Shown here piece by piece: positions 14,750-30,262 of a DNA stretch of 64,000 nucleotides. Location: the NCBI RefSeq assembly GCF_009914755.1, contig NC_060937.1; one strand, 5' to 3'. A program made the translations under genes and the position numbers. Source of the DNA: the human T2T-CHM13v2.0 reference genome, Homo sapiens. Below the pieces are notes generated by a model. That model was not told the origin of the DNA. It was given only the letters and a program-made list of their open reading frames with translations, and made no database searches. Within the stretch, counting starts at the first letter, position 1. Each line of letters begins with the position of its first letter.

Positions 14750-17700
14750 ATATATATCTATATATTTATATATAGATATATAGATATATATTTATATATC
14801 TAGATATATAGATATAGAGATATATATTTATATGTATTGATACACAGATATAGAGATATATATTTATATGTATTGATATATAGATATATAGAAATATATT
14901 TATATGTATTGATATATAGAAATATAGATATATATTTATATGTATTGATATATAGAAATATAGATATATATTTATATGTATTGATATATAGAAATATAGA
15001 TATATATTTATATATACTGATATATAGAAATATAGATATATACTTATATATATTGATATACAGATATATAGACATATATTGATATATTGATATATAGATA
15101 TATATGCTTATTGATATATAGATATATATTTATATATATTGATATATAGATATATATTTATATATATTAATATATAGATATATATTTATATATAGATATA
15201 TAGATATATATTTATAAATAGATATATAGATATATATTGATATATATTGATATATAGATATATAGATATATAAATATATAGATATATATTTATATATGTT
15301 TATATATAGATATATATTTATATATGTTTATATATAGATATATATTTATATATGTTTATATAGAGATATATATTTATATATGTTTATATAGAGATATATA
15401 TTTATATATGTTTATATATAGATGTATATGTATATATATTTATATATTTATATATAGATATATAGATATATATTTATATATTTATATATAGATATATAGA
15501 TATATATTTATATATTTATATATAGATATATAGATATATATTTATATATTTTATATATATTTATATAAAGATATATATTTATATATTATATATTTATATA
15601 TATATTTATAAATCGATATATAATTATATATAATATATATTTATATTAAATACAGATATTTATATATAGATATATAATTTTACTATATATAGATATATAT
15701 TTATATCATATATATTTATATATAGATATTTATATCATATATAGATATATATTTATATATATTTATATTATAAATAGATATATATTTATATATATTTATA
15801 TTATAAATAGATATATATTTATATATATTTATATTATAAATAGATATATATTTATATCTATTTATAATATAAATAGATATATATTTATATATATTTATAT
15901 TATAAATAGATATATATTTATATATATATTTATACTATATATAGATATATATTTATATATATATTTATATTATATATAGATATATATTTATATATATATA
16001 TTTATATTATATATAGATATATATTTATATATATTTATATTATATATAGATATATATTTATATATATATTTACATTATATATAGATATATATTTATATAT
16101 ATATTTATATTATAGATATATACTTATATATAGATATATATTTATATTATATATATACTTATATACAGATATATATATTATATATAGATATATACTTATA
16201 TATAGATATATATTTATATTATATATAGATATATACTTATATATATATATCTATATATAGATAGATATATATCTATATATAGATAGATATATAGATATAA
16301 ATATATATTTCTATATAGATATGTATGTCTATATATAAATATATATTTATATGTAGATAAATATCTATATATAGACATATATATCAATATATAGGTATAT
16401 ATCTATATATAATATAAATATATATCTATATATAGATATATATATATCCATATATATACATATGGATATATATATTTATATATATCTATATAGATATATA
16501 TATCCATATATATGATATATATATTTATATATATATCTACATAGATATATATATTTATACATATATACTTATATTTATATATAGATATATATTTATATTC
16601 ATATATATATATTTATATATATTCATATATAGATATATATTTATATATATTCATATATAGATATATATTTATATATATTTTTATATATTCATATATAGAT
16701 ATATGTTTATATATATTTATATATATCCATATATATTCATATATAGATATATATTTACATATATTCATATATATTCATATATTTATATTTATATACATTC
16801 ATATATATATAGATATATATATATTTATATCTATTCATATATAGATATATATATTTATATCTACTTATATATATTCATATATAGATATCTATTTATATAT
16901 ATTCATATATAGATGTCTATATATATTCATATATAATCTATTCATATATATTCATATATAGATATCTATTCATATATATTCATATATAGATATCTATTCA
17001 TATATATTCATATATAGATATCTATTCATATATATTCATATATAGATATCTATTCATATATATTTATATATTTTCATAGATATCTATTCATATATATTTA
17101 TATATTTTCATAGATATCTATTCATATATATTTATATATTTTCATAGTTATCTATTCATATATATTTATATATTTTCATAGATATCTATTTATATATATT
17201 CATATATATTCATAGATATATATTTATATATATTTATATATTCATAGATATATATTTATATATATTTATATATATTCATATATAGATATATATTTATATA
17301 TATTTATATATATTCATATATATATTTATGTATATTTATATATATTCATATATATATATTTATGTATATTTATATATATTCATATATATATGTATTTATA
17401 TATATTCATATATATATGTATTTATATATATTCATATATATATGTATTTATATATATTCATATATAGATATATATTTATATATTTATATATATTCATATA
17501 TAGATATATATTTATATATTTATATATATTCATATATAGATATATATTTATATATTTATATATATTCATATATAGATATATATTTATATATTTATATATA
17601 TTCATATATAGATATATATTTATATATTTATATATATTCATATATAGATATATATTTATATATATTTATATATATTCATATATAGATATATATTTATATA

Positions 17701-20700
17701 TATTTATATATATTCATATATAGATATATATTTATATATATTTATATATATTCATATATAGATATATATTTATATATATTTATATATATTCATATATAGA
17801 TATATATTTATATATATATTCATATATAGATATATATTTATATATATATTCATATATAGATATATATTTATATATATTCATAGATATATATTTATATATA
17901 TTCATATATAGATATATATTTATATTTATATATATTCATATATAGATATATATTTATATGTTATATATTCATATATAGATATATGTTTATATGTTATATA
18001 TTCATATATAGATATATATTTATATGTTATATATTCATATATAATATATATTTATATATTATATATTCATATATACATATATATTTATATATTATATATT
18101 CATATATACATATATATTTATATATTATATATATTCACATATATCTATATATATTTATATATATATTCATACATATCTATATATTTATATATCTATATAT
18201 TTATATATTATATATATTTATATATATCTATATATATTTATATAATATATATATCTATATATTTATATAATATATACATCTATATATATTTATATAACGT
18301 ATATATTTATATATATGTATATATATTTATATATATATAAAAATATATATATTTATATATATTGATATATATCTATATATATTTATATATTATATATATT
18401 TATATATATTGATATATATCTATATATATTTATATATATTGATATATATCTATATATATTTATATATTATATATATTTATATATCTGTGTATATAATATA
18501 TATTTATATATATTATATATTTATATTATATATTTATATATCTATATATTTATAAATATTTTTTTATATATTTATACATATAAATATATATATCTATATG
18601 TTTATATATAAATATATATATTTATATATATATTTATATATATTTATATATATTTATATATAGATATATATATTTATATATTTATATATATTTATATATA
18701 TTTATATATTTATATATATTTATATATATATTTATATATTTATATATATTTATATATATATTTATATATTTATATATATTTATATATATATTTATATATT
18801 TATATATATTCATATATCTATATATATTATATGTTTATATAATATATTTATATATTATATCTATTTATTTATATTTATATATTATATATATTTATATATT
18901 ATATGTATTTATATATATTTATATATTATATATATTTATATATATTTTTATATATCAATATATATTTATATATATTTATATCTCTATATATCTTTATATA
19001 TTTATATATCTATATATCTTTATATATCTATATATACTTATATATTTATATATCTATATAGCTTTATATATTTATATATCTATATATTTATATATTTGTA
19101 TATATGTATATATATTTATATATTTATATATATCTACATATATTTATATATCTATATATCTATATGTATTTATATATATCTATATATATATCTATATATA
19201 TCTATATATATCTTTATATCTATATATATCTATATATATATCTATATATATCTATATATATTTATACATATCGATATATATATCAATATATATCTATATA
19301 TTTATACATATCTATATATATATCTATATATTTATATATATTTATATATCTATATGTACATATATACCTATATATATTTATATATCTATATGTACATATA
19401 TACCTATATATATTTATATAGCTATATGTACATATATACCTATATATATTTATATAGCTATATGTACATATATGCCTATATATATTTATATAGCTATATG
19501 TACATATATGCCTATATATATTTATATAGCTATATGTACATATATACCTATATATATTTATATAGCTATATGTACATATATACCTATATATATTTATATA
19601 GCTATATGTACATATATACCTATATATATTTATATAGCTATATGTACATATATACCTATATATATTTATATAGCTATATGTACATATATACCTATATATT
19701 TATATAGCTATATGTACATATATACCTATATATTTATATAGCTATATGTACATATATACCTATATATTTATATAGCTATACGTACATATATACCTATATA
19801 TATTTATATAGCTATACGTACATATATACCTATATATATTTATATAGCTATATGTACATATATACCTATATATATTTATATAGCTATATGTACATATATA
19901 CCTATATATATTTATATAGCTATATGTACATATATACCTATATATTTATATAGCTATATGTACATATATACCTATATATTTATATAGCTATATGTACATA
20001 TATACCTATATATTTATATAGCTATATGTACATATATACCTATATATATTTATATAGCTATATGTACATATATACCTATATATATTTATATAGCTATATG
20101 TACTTATATACCTATATATTTATATAGCTATATGTACATATATACCTATATATATTTATATAGCTATATGTACATATATACCTTTATATATTTATATAGC
20201 TATATGTACATATATACCTATATATATTTATATAGCTATATGTACATATATACCTATATATATTTATATAGCTATATGTACATATATACCTTTATATATT
20301 TATATAGCTATATGTACATATATACCTATATATATTTATATAGCTATATGTACATATATACCTTTATATATTTATATAGCTATATGTACATATATACCTA
20401 TATATATTTATATAGCTATATGTACATATATACCTATATATATTTATATAGCTATATGTACATATATACCTATATATATTTATATAGCTATATGTACATA
20501 TATACCTATATATATTTATATAGGTATATATGTACATATATATCTATATATATTTGTATAGCTATATATATCTATATATATTTATATAGCTATATATATC
20601 TATATATATTTATATATTTATATATATCTATATATATTTATATATCTATATATCTATATATTTATATATCTATATATCTATATATATTTATATATCTATA

Positions 20701-21676
20701 TATCTATATATATTTATATATCTATATATTTATATATATCTATATACATTTATATATCTATATATACATATATATCTATATACATTTATATATCTATATA
20801 TACATATATATCTATATACATTTATATATCTATATATGTATATAGATATATATATCTATATATCTATATACATTTATATATCTATATATGTATATAGATA
20901 TATATATCTATATATCTATGTATCTATATATATCTATACATCTATATATCTATATATATCTATACATCTATATATATCTATATATTTATATATCTATATA
21001 TCTATATATATCTATATATTTATATATATCTATATATTTATATATATCTATATATATTTATATATATCTATATATTTATATATATCTATATATATTTATA
21101 TATATCTATATATTTATATATCTATATATTTATATATATCTATATATTTATATATCTATATATATTTATATATATCTATATATATTTATATCTATATATA
21201 TCTATATATGTTTATATATTTGTATATATATCTATACATATTTATATATATCTATATATATTATATATATTTGTATACATATCTATATATTTATATATAT
21301 CTATATATATTTATGTATATCTATATATTTATATATCTATATATCTATATATATTTATATGTATCTATATATATTTATATATATCTATATATCTATATAT
21401 ATTTATATATATATATATTTATATATATCTATATATATATTTATATATCTATATATTTATATATATTTATATATATCTATATATCTATATATATTTATAT
21501 ATATCTATATATATATTTATATATCTATATATTTATATATATCTATATATATTTATATATCTAAATATTTATATATATCTATATATATTTATATATCTAA
21601 ATATTTATATATATCTATATATATTTATATATCTATATATTTATATATAGATATATACATATATATATATATATAA
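14750..21676. repeat. ~6.9-kb AT-rich compound minisatellite / (TA)n-derived array
   Basis: Almost entirely A/T with periodic blocks: 36-bp units at ~14.8-15.07 kb and 17.43-17.8 kb, 28/34-bp units at 16.93-17.19 kb, and 34/36-bp TATATATATTTATATAGCTATATGTACATATATACC at ~19.34-20.53 kb. Confidence 0.97.
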
Positions 21677-23842
21677 CAAAATGTCATTTATGGAAAACAG
21701 AGTCATGGGTCTATGAAAAACACAAAGTCCCTATAAGGGAGGGCAATAAGAATTGGAAAAGAGAGTAAAGCTTGTAAGAAAAAAAGAGTAGATCCCTCTC
21801 ACTGCTTGCTGCTAATAATCCTTGTGGAGCTGAGGATTATGATAAATTAACATTGTACACTTGATATCTATTTAAAACTTATCCACCACCAAAAGAAACT
21901 AGCATCTATAATTTCGTGTTTTAACAAAATTATTACACCAATTTTTTCTTATTGTTACACAGGATTGCATTTGATAATTGTATGTACTCGATGGTGTCTA
22001 ATAGTATTTATTGCCTAATGATTTTTAGAGAGGAGCGTCTTAAAGTATTTTGTGTTTTAAAGAAAAAAACACCTCTTTAAAGCATTTGTGGCATGAGACA
22101 CAATTGTGATAATAAAAATACTTCCTAGCACTGCACATTTTAAACTTCATTTTTTTCCAAAATAAATAGTATTAAATGATATCTTTTATGCCTGATGTGT
22201 GTTTAGTAGTGATTAAAACCAGAGGCATCTTATGTAGATTTGATAACTTTAAATGAATTAAAATATTTCTGTCAGACTCCTAAAGCTTCATGGAAAGTAT
22301 GGTCAAAATTTCAAGCTTTAATTTTATCAACCAATTAGGTTTACATAAAGTAAAATTTCCCAAAATGTGAAAACAAGGAGCAGAGATGCTCTCTGAAAAT
22401 AAGTATTCCATCGATATCCAAATACTCTGGGGACAATTAAATAGTACAACAAGTTTTAAATATTTAAAATTGTTATAAAATATGTTAAATTTTATATTAA
22501 AAACCTATTTACATTTTGTAATGCATCATTTTCCAGATGCATTTGATCTGGAATCAAATGCAACCAGTTGCATTTGGTTGCATTTATGTTTATTCACGCC
22601 TATTACTATTTTGTATTATCCCAGTATTTTGTGTATTACATCCATGAAATGTTTTGAAATATACAAAAGTAATAACTAGAATTTTAAATATTAATGACAG
22701 TAGCCCATAGATACACTGAGTAAAAAATATCATACCTAGATAATGTAAAACACAGCTGTCTGTTTTCCAGAAATAACTCAGTGCTTTAATTCAAGGTATG
22801 TCAGGAATGTCACCTTCATATACAATGGTTAGCATATTTTATTTGCAGTGGTTCTCCCCAATGTAATTTTGACTTCCTAGTTTCAAAGAAGAATTCATAT
22901 GTGCTGTAAATCAGAGTTTTAGTAAATGACTAAATTTCATCTGCAGATTTATGAGATAAATATATGATCATTAGTCATATACACTCAAGATATAGATTTT
23001 TTCATCTAGGTATCTCAACCAAATTACCTTAGAAGTTCAAATAAATCACTTTGAAAAATTTGCTGCATTTTATTTAAAAAAAAACTTTGTGTTAAAACCT
23101 TAAGAATGATATCGTATTTTAACTGATCCAAAATTTGAACAAACTACAGTGTACTTACTATATATTACAACTTGATTAAAGGCAATATTTAATAATTAAG
23201 AATACAGTCAAGTGAAACTTTAAGATAGTTTTCTATTATTACAAAAATGTTTAGATTACAAATGTCATGCAAAGAGTGTATACTTTTACCACTCAAATAC
23301 ATTGTTTTAAAATATTTTCTGACTGATTAGTTTTTAATCAAAGCATGGATTCCCATGTTATGATTATTGAAAATTAATATTATATACATATATAAAGGTC
23401 TCAATTGTACTCTATAATCTTAACTTATTAAATTAGTAGTTATACAATATCTCATATAATAAGTTAAAGAAAATTTCTTTAATCAATGCAATAATGAAGC
23501 TACTGAGAAGTCACAGACAAGTTTAAAATATATCAATTAGGCATTTTATAATTATTTCCTTCTTATAAAGAATATTCAGTAAATATTCTAAAGTTTATTG
23601 ATAAATCACTTACTCCTGAAATAATAAAAAACTGTCTCATATTACATCCAAAACAACAGTAGGTATTTTAGCCGATAGTCCTGGCTATATTACTTACCTA
23701 TTTTTTCCATGTTAGAAATCTTACAAAAAGAAATATTCGAAATTTAATGTGAGTTTCAGTATAACATTTTCTCATCTTGAGGACATTTTGCCAAGCTGGT
23801 TTAGCTGTGCTTTCTCTTTGTACATGCTGTTGGTAATACTTG

Positions 23843-24067
23843 ACGAGATTTGATGGTTTTATTAGAGGCTTCCACTTTTGCTTGGAACTCATTCGGTCCT
23901 GCTGTCCTGTGAAGAAGGTGCCTGCTTCTCCTTTGTCTTCCACCATGATTTTAAGTTTCCTGAGGCATCTCCAGCAATGTGGAATGGTGAGTCAATTAAA
24001 CTTTTTTCCTTAAAAATTACCCATTCTCGGGTATTTCTTCAAAGCAGTGTGAGAACACATTAATACA
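23843..24067 (+). mobile_element. THE1-type MaLR LTR, 3' half
   Basis: GAGATTTGATGGTTTTAT...CCATGATTTTAAGTTTCCTGAGGCATCTCCAGC...GAGTCAATTAAAC...TAATACA end. Confidence 0.85.
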
Positions 24068-25327
24068 CCCACATTATGTGTTTACCTTTGTCAGAATGAA
24101 ACACTGGCTCAATTCATTGGAGTCTAATATAATCAGTTATTATTTCTTTAAAGAAAGATGCCTTCTCAGGGACTCAGTATTGGTCTCCATTGCTGGCTAG
24201 TCATTCAGCAGTGGTTGTAGCTAAATCAGCCTTGGGACTTTCACCTCTGCCATCATGGCCTCTTTGCTCATGTGCCTATCATATTAGCACGGGATTGACT
24301 GAGGACAGAGGCTGACTGATGTCAGCTAGCTGAGCAATTGTGCATATTTTTTTGTTTAGGTCATCTTCTTTGTTGTATACTATATAATGGATGTTCATAT
24401 TTGATAGTAATCTTCACCCTTCATATCCATTTCCATAGATCAATCTATACATCTCTAGCATAGAATTTCTTGTTCTAAATCCTTCAATCTTTTTCCTTCC
24501 AGACCCCTGACTCATCCAAGACATCTGTCACTGCCCATGTGTCACTTTATTTTCTAATGATGAATGACTTCTCTTTCTACAAATTATAGATGGCTAATTG
24601 CTCAAGCAAAACACTGTACATCAGAAAAACTTTACATCATTACTCTCTTTCAAGGCCACACTAAAATAACTTCAGGTTTTTTCCCCTGCTTGTAAAGATT
24701 CTACTCACAGCCATAGGTATAATGATGGATGAGGCACTGGTACAGCCGTAGTGCATGATGACCTGAACTTCTGGGATTACTTCTCATGCAACTTGCTTGT
24801 GACCTGTGTTCCCACTTCTGCTATATCCTGGATGAGCCCACATTATCATGTAGACAGGGCGCCTCTAAAATACCCAACTCATGATGGACAATTGTGATGG
24901 GGTCATCTCATAAACAGGTATTTTCTATCAGGACCAAGTAGCTAATAAACAGGTATTTTCTATCAGGACCAAGTAGCTTTCCAGCAGTCCAGTAGACTTT
25001 TCTGCGGTTTTTTGTTTGTTTGTTTGTTTGTTTTTCCTCAAAAGGTATATCATCTTCCATGGCAAAGACTATGACCTTGCTCCAAATACCAGAGTGGGGT
25101 GCTATCTTGTAATTCTCCCACTGGGACTTTCTATAAACACTACAGTCATCATATGTTCTCTTTTTCAGCTCTAGCAATGGTAACACATACGGAAAATGAT
25201 TGCAAGTGGGTCTACTATTCTTTTTTTTAATTTGCAGTAGTCTACAAAGATTTTTGAGGATGCATTTGGTTTTGGCAAGTCCCAGACTTGTGAGTTAGAT
25301 GGTGATATTTCAGGCCACACTACCCCT

Positions 25328-25627
<300 letters not shown>

Positions 25628-26127
25628 AAATCCTTCAGTTTTAAAAATGGCACCAGTTTCTGCTAAACTCCCTAAAATATCTTGTTTTTAAACAATATGA
25701 ATATAAATGTAAATATAAATATAAAATGTACGGTTTTTGATACGCTATCTCAGCCAAAGTATGAGGACAGTTTCAGAGTAGTCCACTTGGCCTTGTGCAC
25801 TAGGCCTATTAGAAAAGGGCTTATATCAACAACTGTGTATGTTTACTGCAATATAACCAGTAAAAAATAACCAGAGTGAATCTTCAAATGTAGAGGACAC
25901 TCTGAGAGTTGGATTTTGGCCAGATCTGCATTTATTACCCAATACGCCCGAGCTCCAATATACCACAAGACCCTGATAATGGCCTGGGTTCCTGGGATAA
26001 ATGTAGACTTGAAACTTCAGTTCAATTTTTCTCACAGTGTTCAAATCTAATTTCCTAGTTGAAAGGCCCCTGAAAAATGTCTATAGGTCCCTCTGTGGAC
26101 TGGCTAGGGGAATCAATATGATTAAAT

Positions 26128-27480
26128 TGACAGAATAGAGAACACAGAAGTAAGGTCACATATCTATATCCAACAGATCTTTGACAAACCTGACAAAAGC
26201 ATACACCAGAGAAATGATATCCTTTTCAATAAATGGTGCCAGGAAAATTGGATTGCCATGTGCAGAAGAATGAAACTGGACCCCTATCTCTCATCATATG
26301 CAAAAAATCAACTCAAGATTAATTAAAGATTTAAATATAAGACCTGAAACTATACAAATGCTAAAATAATACCTAGAGGAAACTCTTCTGGACGTTGGTA
26401 TAGGCAAAGAATTTGTGAGTAAGACTTCAGAAGCACAAACAAACAAAGAAATGGCACTTAGCTTTTGCATAGCAAAAACAAACAAACAAACAAACACCAG
26501 AGTGAACAGACAATCTGCAGAATGGGAGAAAAAACATCTGTAAATTATGCATCCAACAGGGGACTAATACCCAGAATTTACAAGAAATTCGAACAATTCA
26601 GTAACAACAGCAACAAAAATAAAAACAAATAACCCCTTTAAAAAGTGAGCAAAGGACATGAATAGACATTTTTCAAAAGAAGACGTGCAAATAGTCAAAT
26701 AGCACGTGGGAAAATGCTCAGCGTCACTAATCAAAAAAGAAATGCAAATTAAAACCATAATGAGGTGTCATCTTACACCAGTCAGAATGACTATTATTAA
26801 AAATACAAAAAGTAGATGGTGAGAATGCAGGGAAAAGGGAACACTTATACACTGTTAGTGGGAATGTAAATTGGTACAATTTCTATGGAAAACAGTACAG
26901 AGATTTTCCAAAGTACTAAAAATAAAGCTACCACCATATGATCTAGCAATGCCACTACTGGGTATCTACCAATGGAACTATTAAAAAGAAAATCTGCTCT
27001 CTTGCGTTTATCACAGCACTATGTAATACAATACAATAGCCAAGATATGGAATCAACCTGCGTGTCCATAAATTAATTACTCAATAAAGAAAATGGTATC
27101 TATACAATGGAATACTATTTAGCAATAAAAAAGAATGAAATCATATATTTTGCAGCAACATGGATGGAACTGAAGCCCATTATCTTAAGTGAAATAACTC
27201 AGAAATAGAAAGTTAAACAACATGTTCTCACTTGTAAGTGGGAGCTAAACAATTTGTACACATACATGGACATAGAAAGTTAAATAACAGACGGAGACTT
27301 GGGAAGGTTGGAGAGTGGAAGGGAGGTGAGAGAGATTTAAAAAATACTTAATGGGTACAATGTACAATATTCAGGTGATAAATACACTAAAAGCCCCGAC
27401 TTAGGCATTATGTAATATGTTCATGTGAAACAACTTCCTTTGTGCTCCTTAAACTGATACCAAACGAAGCTTAAAAAATA
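26128..27480 (+). mobile_element. L1 (L1PB/L1MA-like) ORF2 3' end and 3'UTR
   Basis: ACAGAATAGAGAAC...TTCAATAAATGGTGC...GAATGAAACTGGACCCCTATCTCTCA...GTTCTCACTTGTAAGTGGGAGCTAAA. Confidence 0.9.
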
Positions 27481-27639
27481 CATTTACATTTACTGTCACA
27501 TTAGAAGGTCCTTCATCTGGGAGACCTGGATTTTAATTCAGTCACTATTTTTGAGCCCAAAAACTGGATCAGGTCCAAAATTTTGATAGTATGCAAATCA
27601 ATTAACAACTTTGTTGACTGCCCATATATATTATCTGTT

Positions 27640-29394
27640 TAACTAAATATATACAATATATATAGTTTCATATAATTTATATATAACTATATATAATATA
27701 TGTTATATATAATTTATATGAAACTATATATAATATATTGTTATATATAATTTATATGTAACTATATATAATATATATTGTTATATATAATTTATACGTA
27801 ACTATATATAATATATATTGTTATATATTATATAATATATAATATAATATATAAATATATAATATATAGTTATATACAATATATATTATATATGGCTATA
27901 TATAATATATAACCATATATAATTATATATATTATAATGATATATAACTATATATTATATATAGTTATATATCATTATAATATATATAATATGTATTATA
28001 TATATTAAAATATGTAATAGCTATATACAACTATATATGTTATATATATAACATATATAATACATATATATGTTATATATATATCATATATAATATATAT
28101 ATGATATATATAATATATATTATATATGGTTATATATTATATATAGTTATATATGATATATAGCTATATATATGTTATATATAATATATATAATATATAG
28201 TTATATTATATATAGTTATATTACATATATTATTATATATATTATATATAATATATAGTTATATTACATATATTATTATATATATAATATATAATATATA
28301 GTTATATTACATATATTATTATATATATAATATATAGTTATATTACATATATTATTATATATATAATATATATAATATATAGTTATATTATATATATTAT
28401 TATATATAATATATAGTTATATATATTATTATATATAATATATAGTTATATATATTATTATATATAATATATAGTTATATATATTATTATATATAATATA
28501 TAGTTATATTATATATATTATTATATATATAATATATAGTTATATTATATATAATATATATAATATATAGTTATATTATATATATTATATATATAATATA
28601 TAGTTATATTATATATATTATTATATATATAATATATAGTTATATTATATATATTATTATATATATAATATATAGTTATATTATACATATTATTATATAT
28701 ATAATATAGTTATATATTATATATATGATTATATATAATATATAGTTATATTATATATATCATTATATATATAATATATAGTTATATATAATTATATCAT
28801 ATAAAGTTATATATAAGATATAATTATATATCATATATAACTATATATATAACATATATATAACATATATATATAACATATATATAACATATATATAACA
28901 TATATATAACATATATAACTATATAGTTATATATGATATATAATTATATCATATATAGTTATATATGATATAATTATATCATATATAGTTATATATGATA
29001 TATAATTATATATCATATATAGTTATATATGATATATAATTATATCATATATAGTTATATATGATATATAATTATATCATATATAGTTATATATGATATA
29101 TAATTATATCATATATAGTTATATATGATATATAATTATATCATATATAGTTATATATGATATATAATTATATCATATATAGTTATATATGATATATAAT
29201 TATATCATATATAGTTATATATGATATATAATTATATCATATATAGTTATATATGATATATAATTATATATCATATATAGTTATATATGATATATAATTA
29301 TATCATATATAGTTATATATGATATATAATTATATCATATATAGTTATATATGATATATAATTATATTATAATATATAAGTATATAATTATATA
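27640..29394. repeat. AT-rich minisatellite array (32-bp hairpin unit at ~28.92-29.36 kb)
   Basis: Tandem TATATCATATATAGTTATATATGATATATAAT and related units. Confidence 0.95.
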
Positions 29395-29705
29395 ATGGAT
29401 AACATCATTCCTCCTAGGTCCTTCCTCTTGCTACTAAAATATACTGAGCCAAAACAACAAACAGGCATAGGAAAACTGTAAAAGTTGGAAAGAAGTTGTC
29501 AGACTACTAAAAGACCTTGTGCTTTGAGGAATGACTCAGCAATGGGTCCTTGGTTTCCTTACTGTCTTTCATATATCTCAGACAGGACTTTGCAGAAGCC
29601 TACAAGTCATAAACTCCAATAGGCAATGACAAATAAAAGCTCAAAATAAACCTGACTCTGTAGCCAAAGAAATGAGAAAAAATTGGCCTAACAAAATAGG
29701 AAGCA
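29395..29705 (+). repeat. Inverted duplicate of 31560-31876 (L1 5' end)
   Basis: ATGGATAACATCATTCCTCCTAGGTCCTTCCTCTTGCTACTAAAATATACTGAGCCAAAACAACAAAC is the reverse complement of the 31.81-31.88 kb segment; similarity runs the whole ~310 bp. Confidence 0.92.
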
Positions 29706-29739
29706 GACTATGGCATTTGCTGTAAGTACAAATTTTTAA

Positions 29740-30262
29740 ATTATATATTTATTTATATATATATAAAACTATATTTATATATATTTATATATATAAAACT
29801 ATATTTATATATATTGATATATATAAAACTATATTTATATATATTGATATATATAAAACTATATTTATATATATTTTTTATATATATAAAACTATATTTA
29901 TATATTTTTTATATATATAAAACTATATTTATATATATATTTTTATATATATAACTATATTTATATATATATTTATATATATAACTATATTTATATATAT
30001 ATTTATATATATAACTATATTTATATATATTTTTATATATAAAACTATATTTATATATATATTTATATATATAACTATATTTATATATATTTATATATAA
30101 AACTATATTTATATATTTATATATATAAAACTATATTTATATATGTATAAAACTAAATATATATTTATATATAAAATGATATATTTATATATAAAGCTAT
30201 ATATATTTATATATATAACTATATATATTTACATATAAAACTATATATATATTTATATATAA
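29740..30262. repeat. AT-rich minisatellite (~28-32-bp unit containing AACTATATTTATATAT)
   Basis: Direct tandem periodicity visible in sequence. Confidence 0.93.

Noticed and set aside
19340-20530. 36-bp periodic repeats resembling a CRISPR array
   Set aside because: No unique spacers, no cas genes, and the context is primate DNA.
14800-21676. Long Y/I-rich ORFs (up to 262 aa)
   Set aside because: Translation artefacts of TA repeats that lack stop codons in some frames.
24910-24978. 35-bp tandem duplication (similar small ones near 3406, 7748 and 32452)
   Set aside because: Ordinary slippage duplications.
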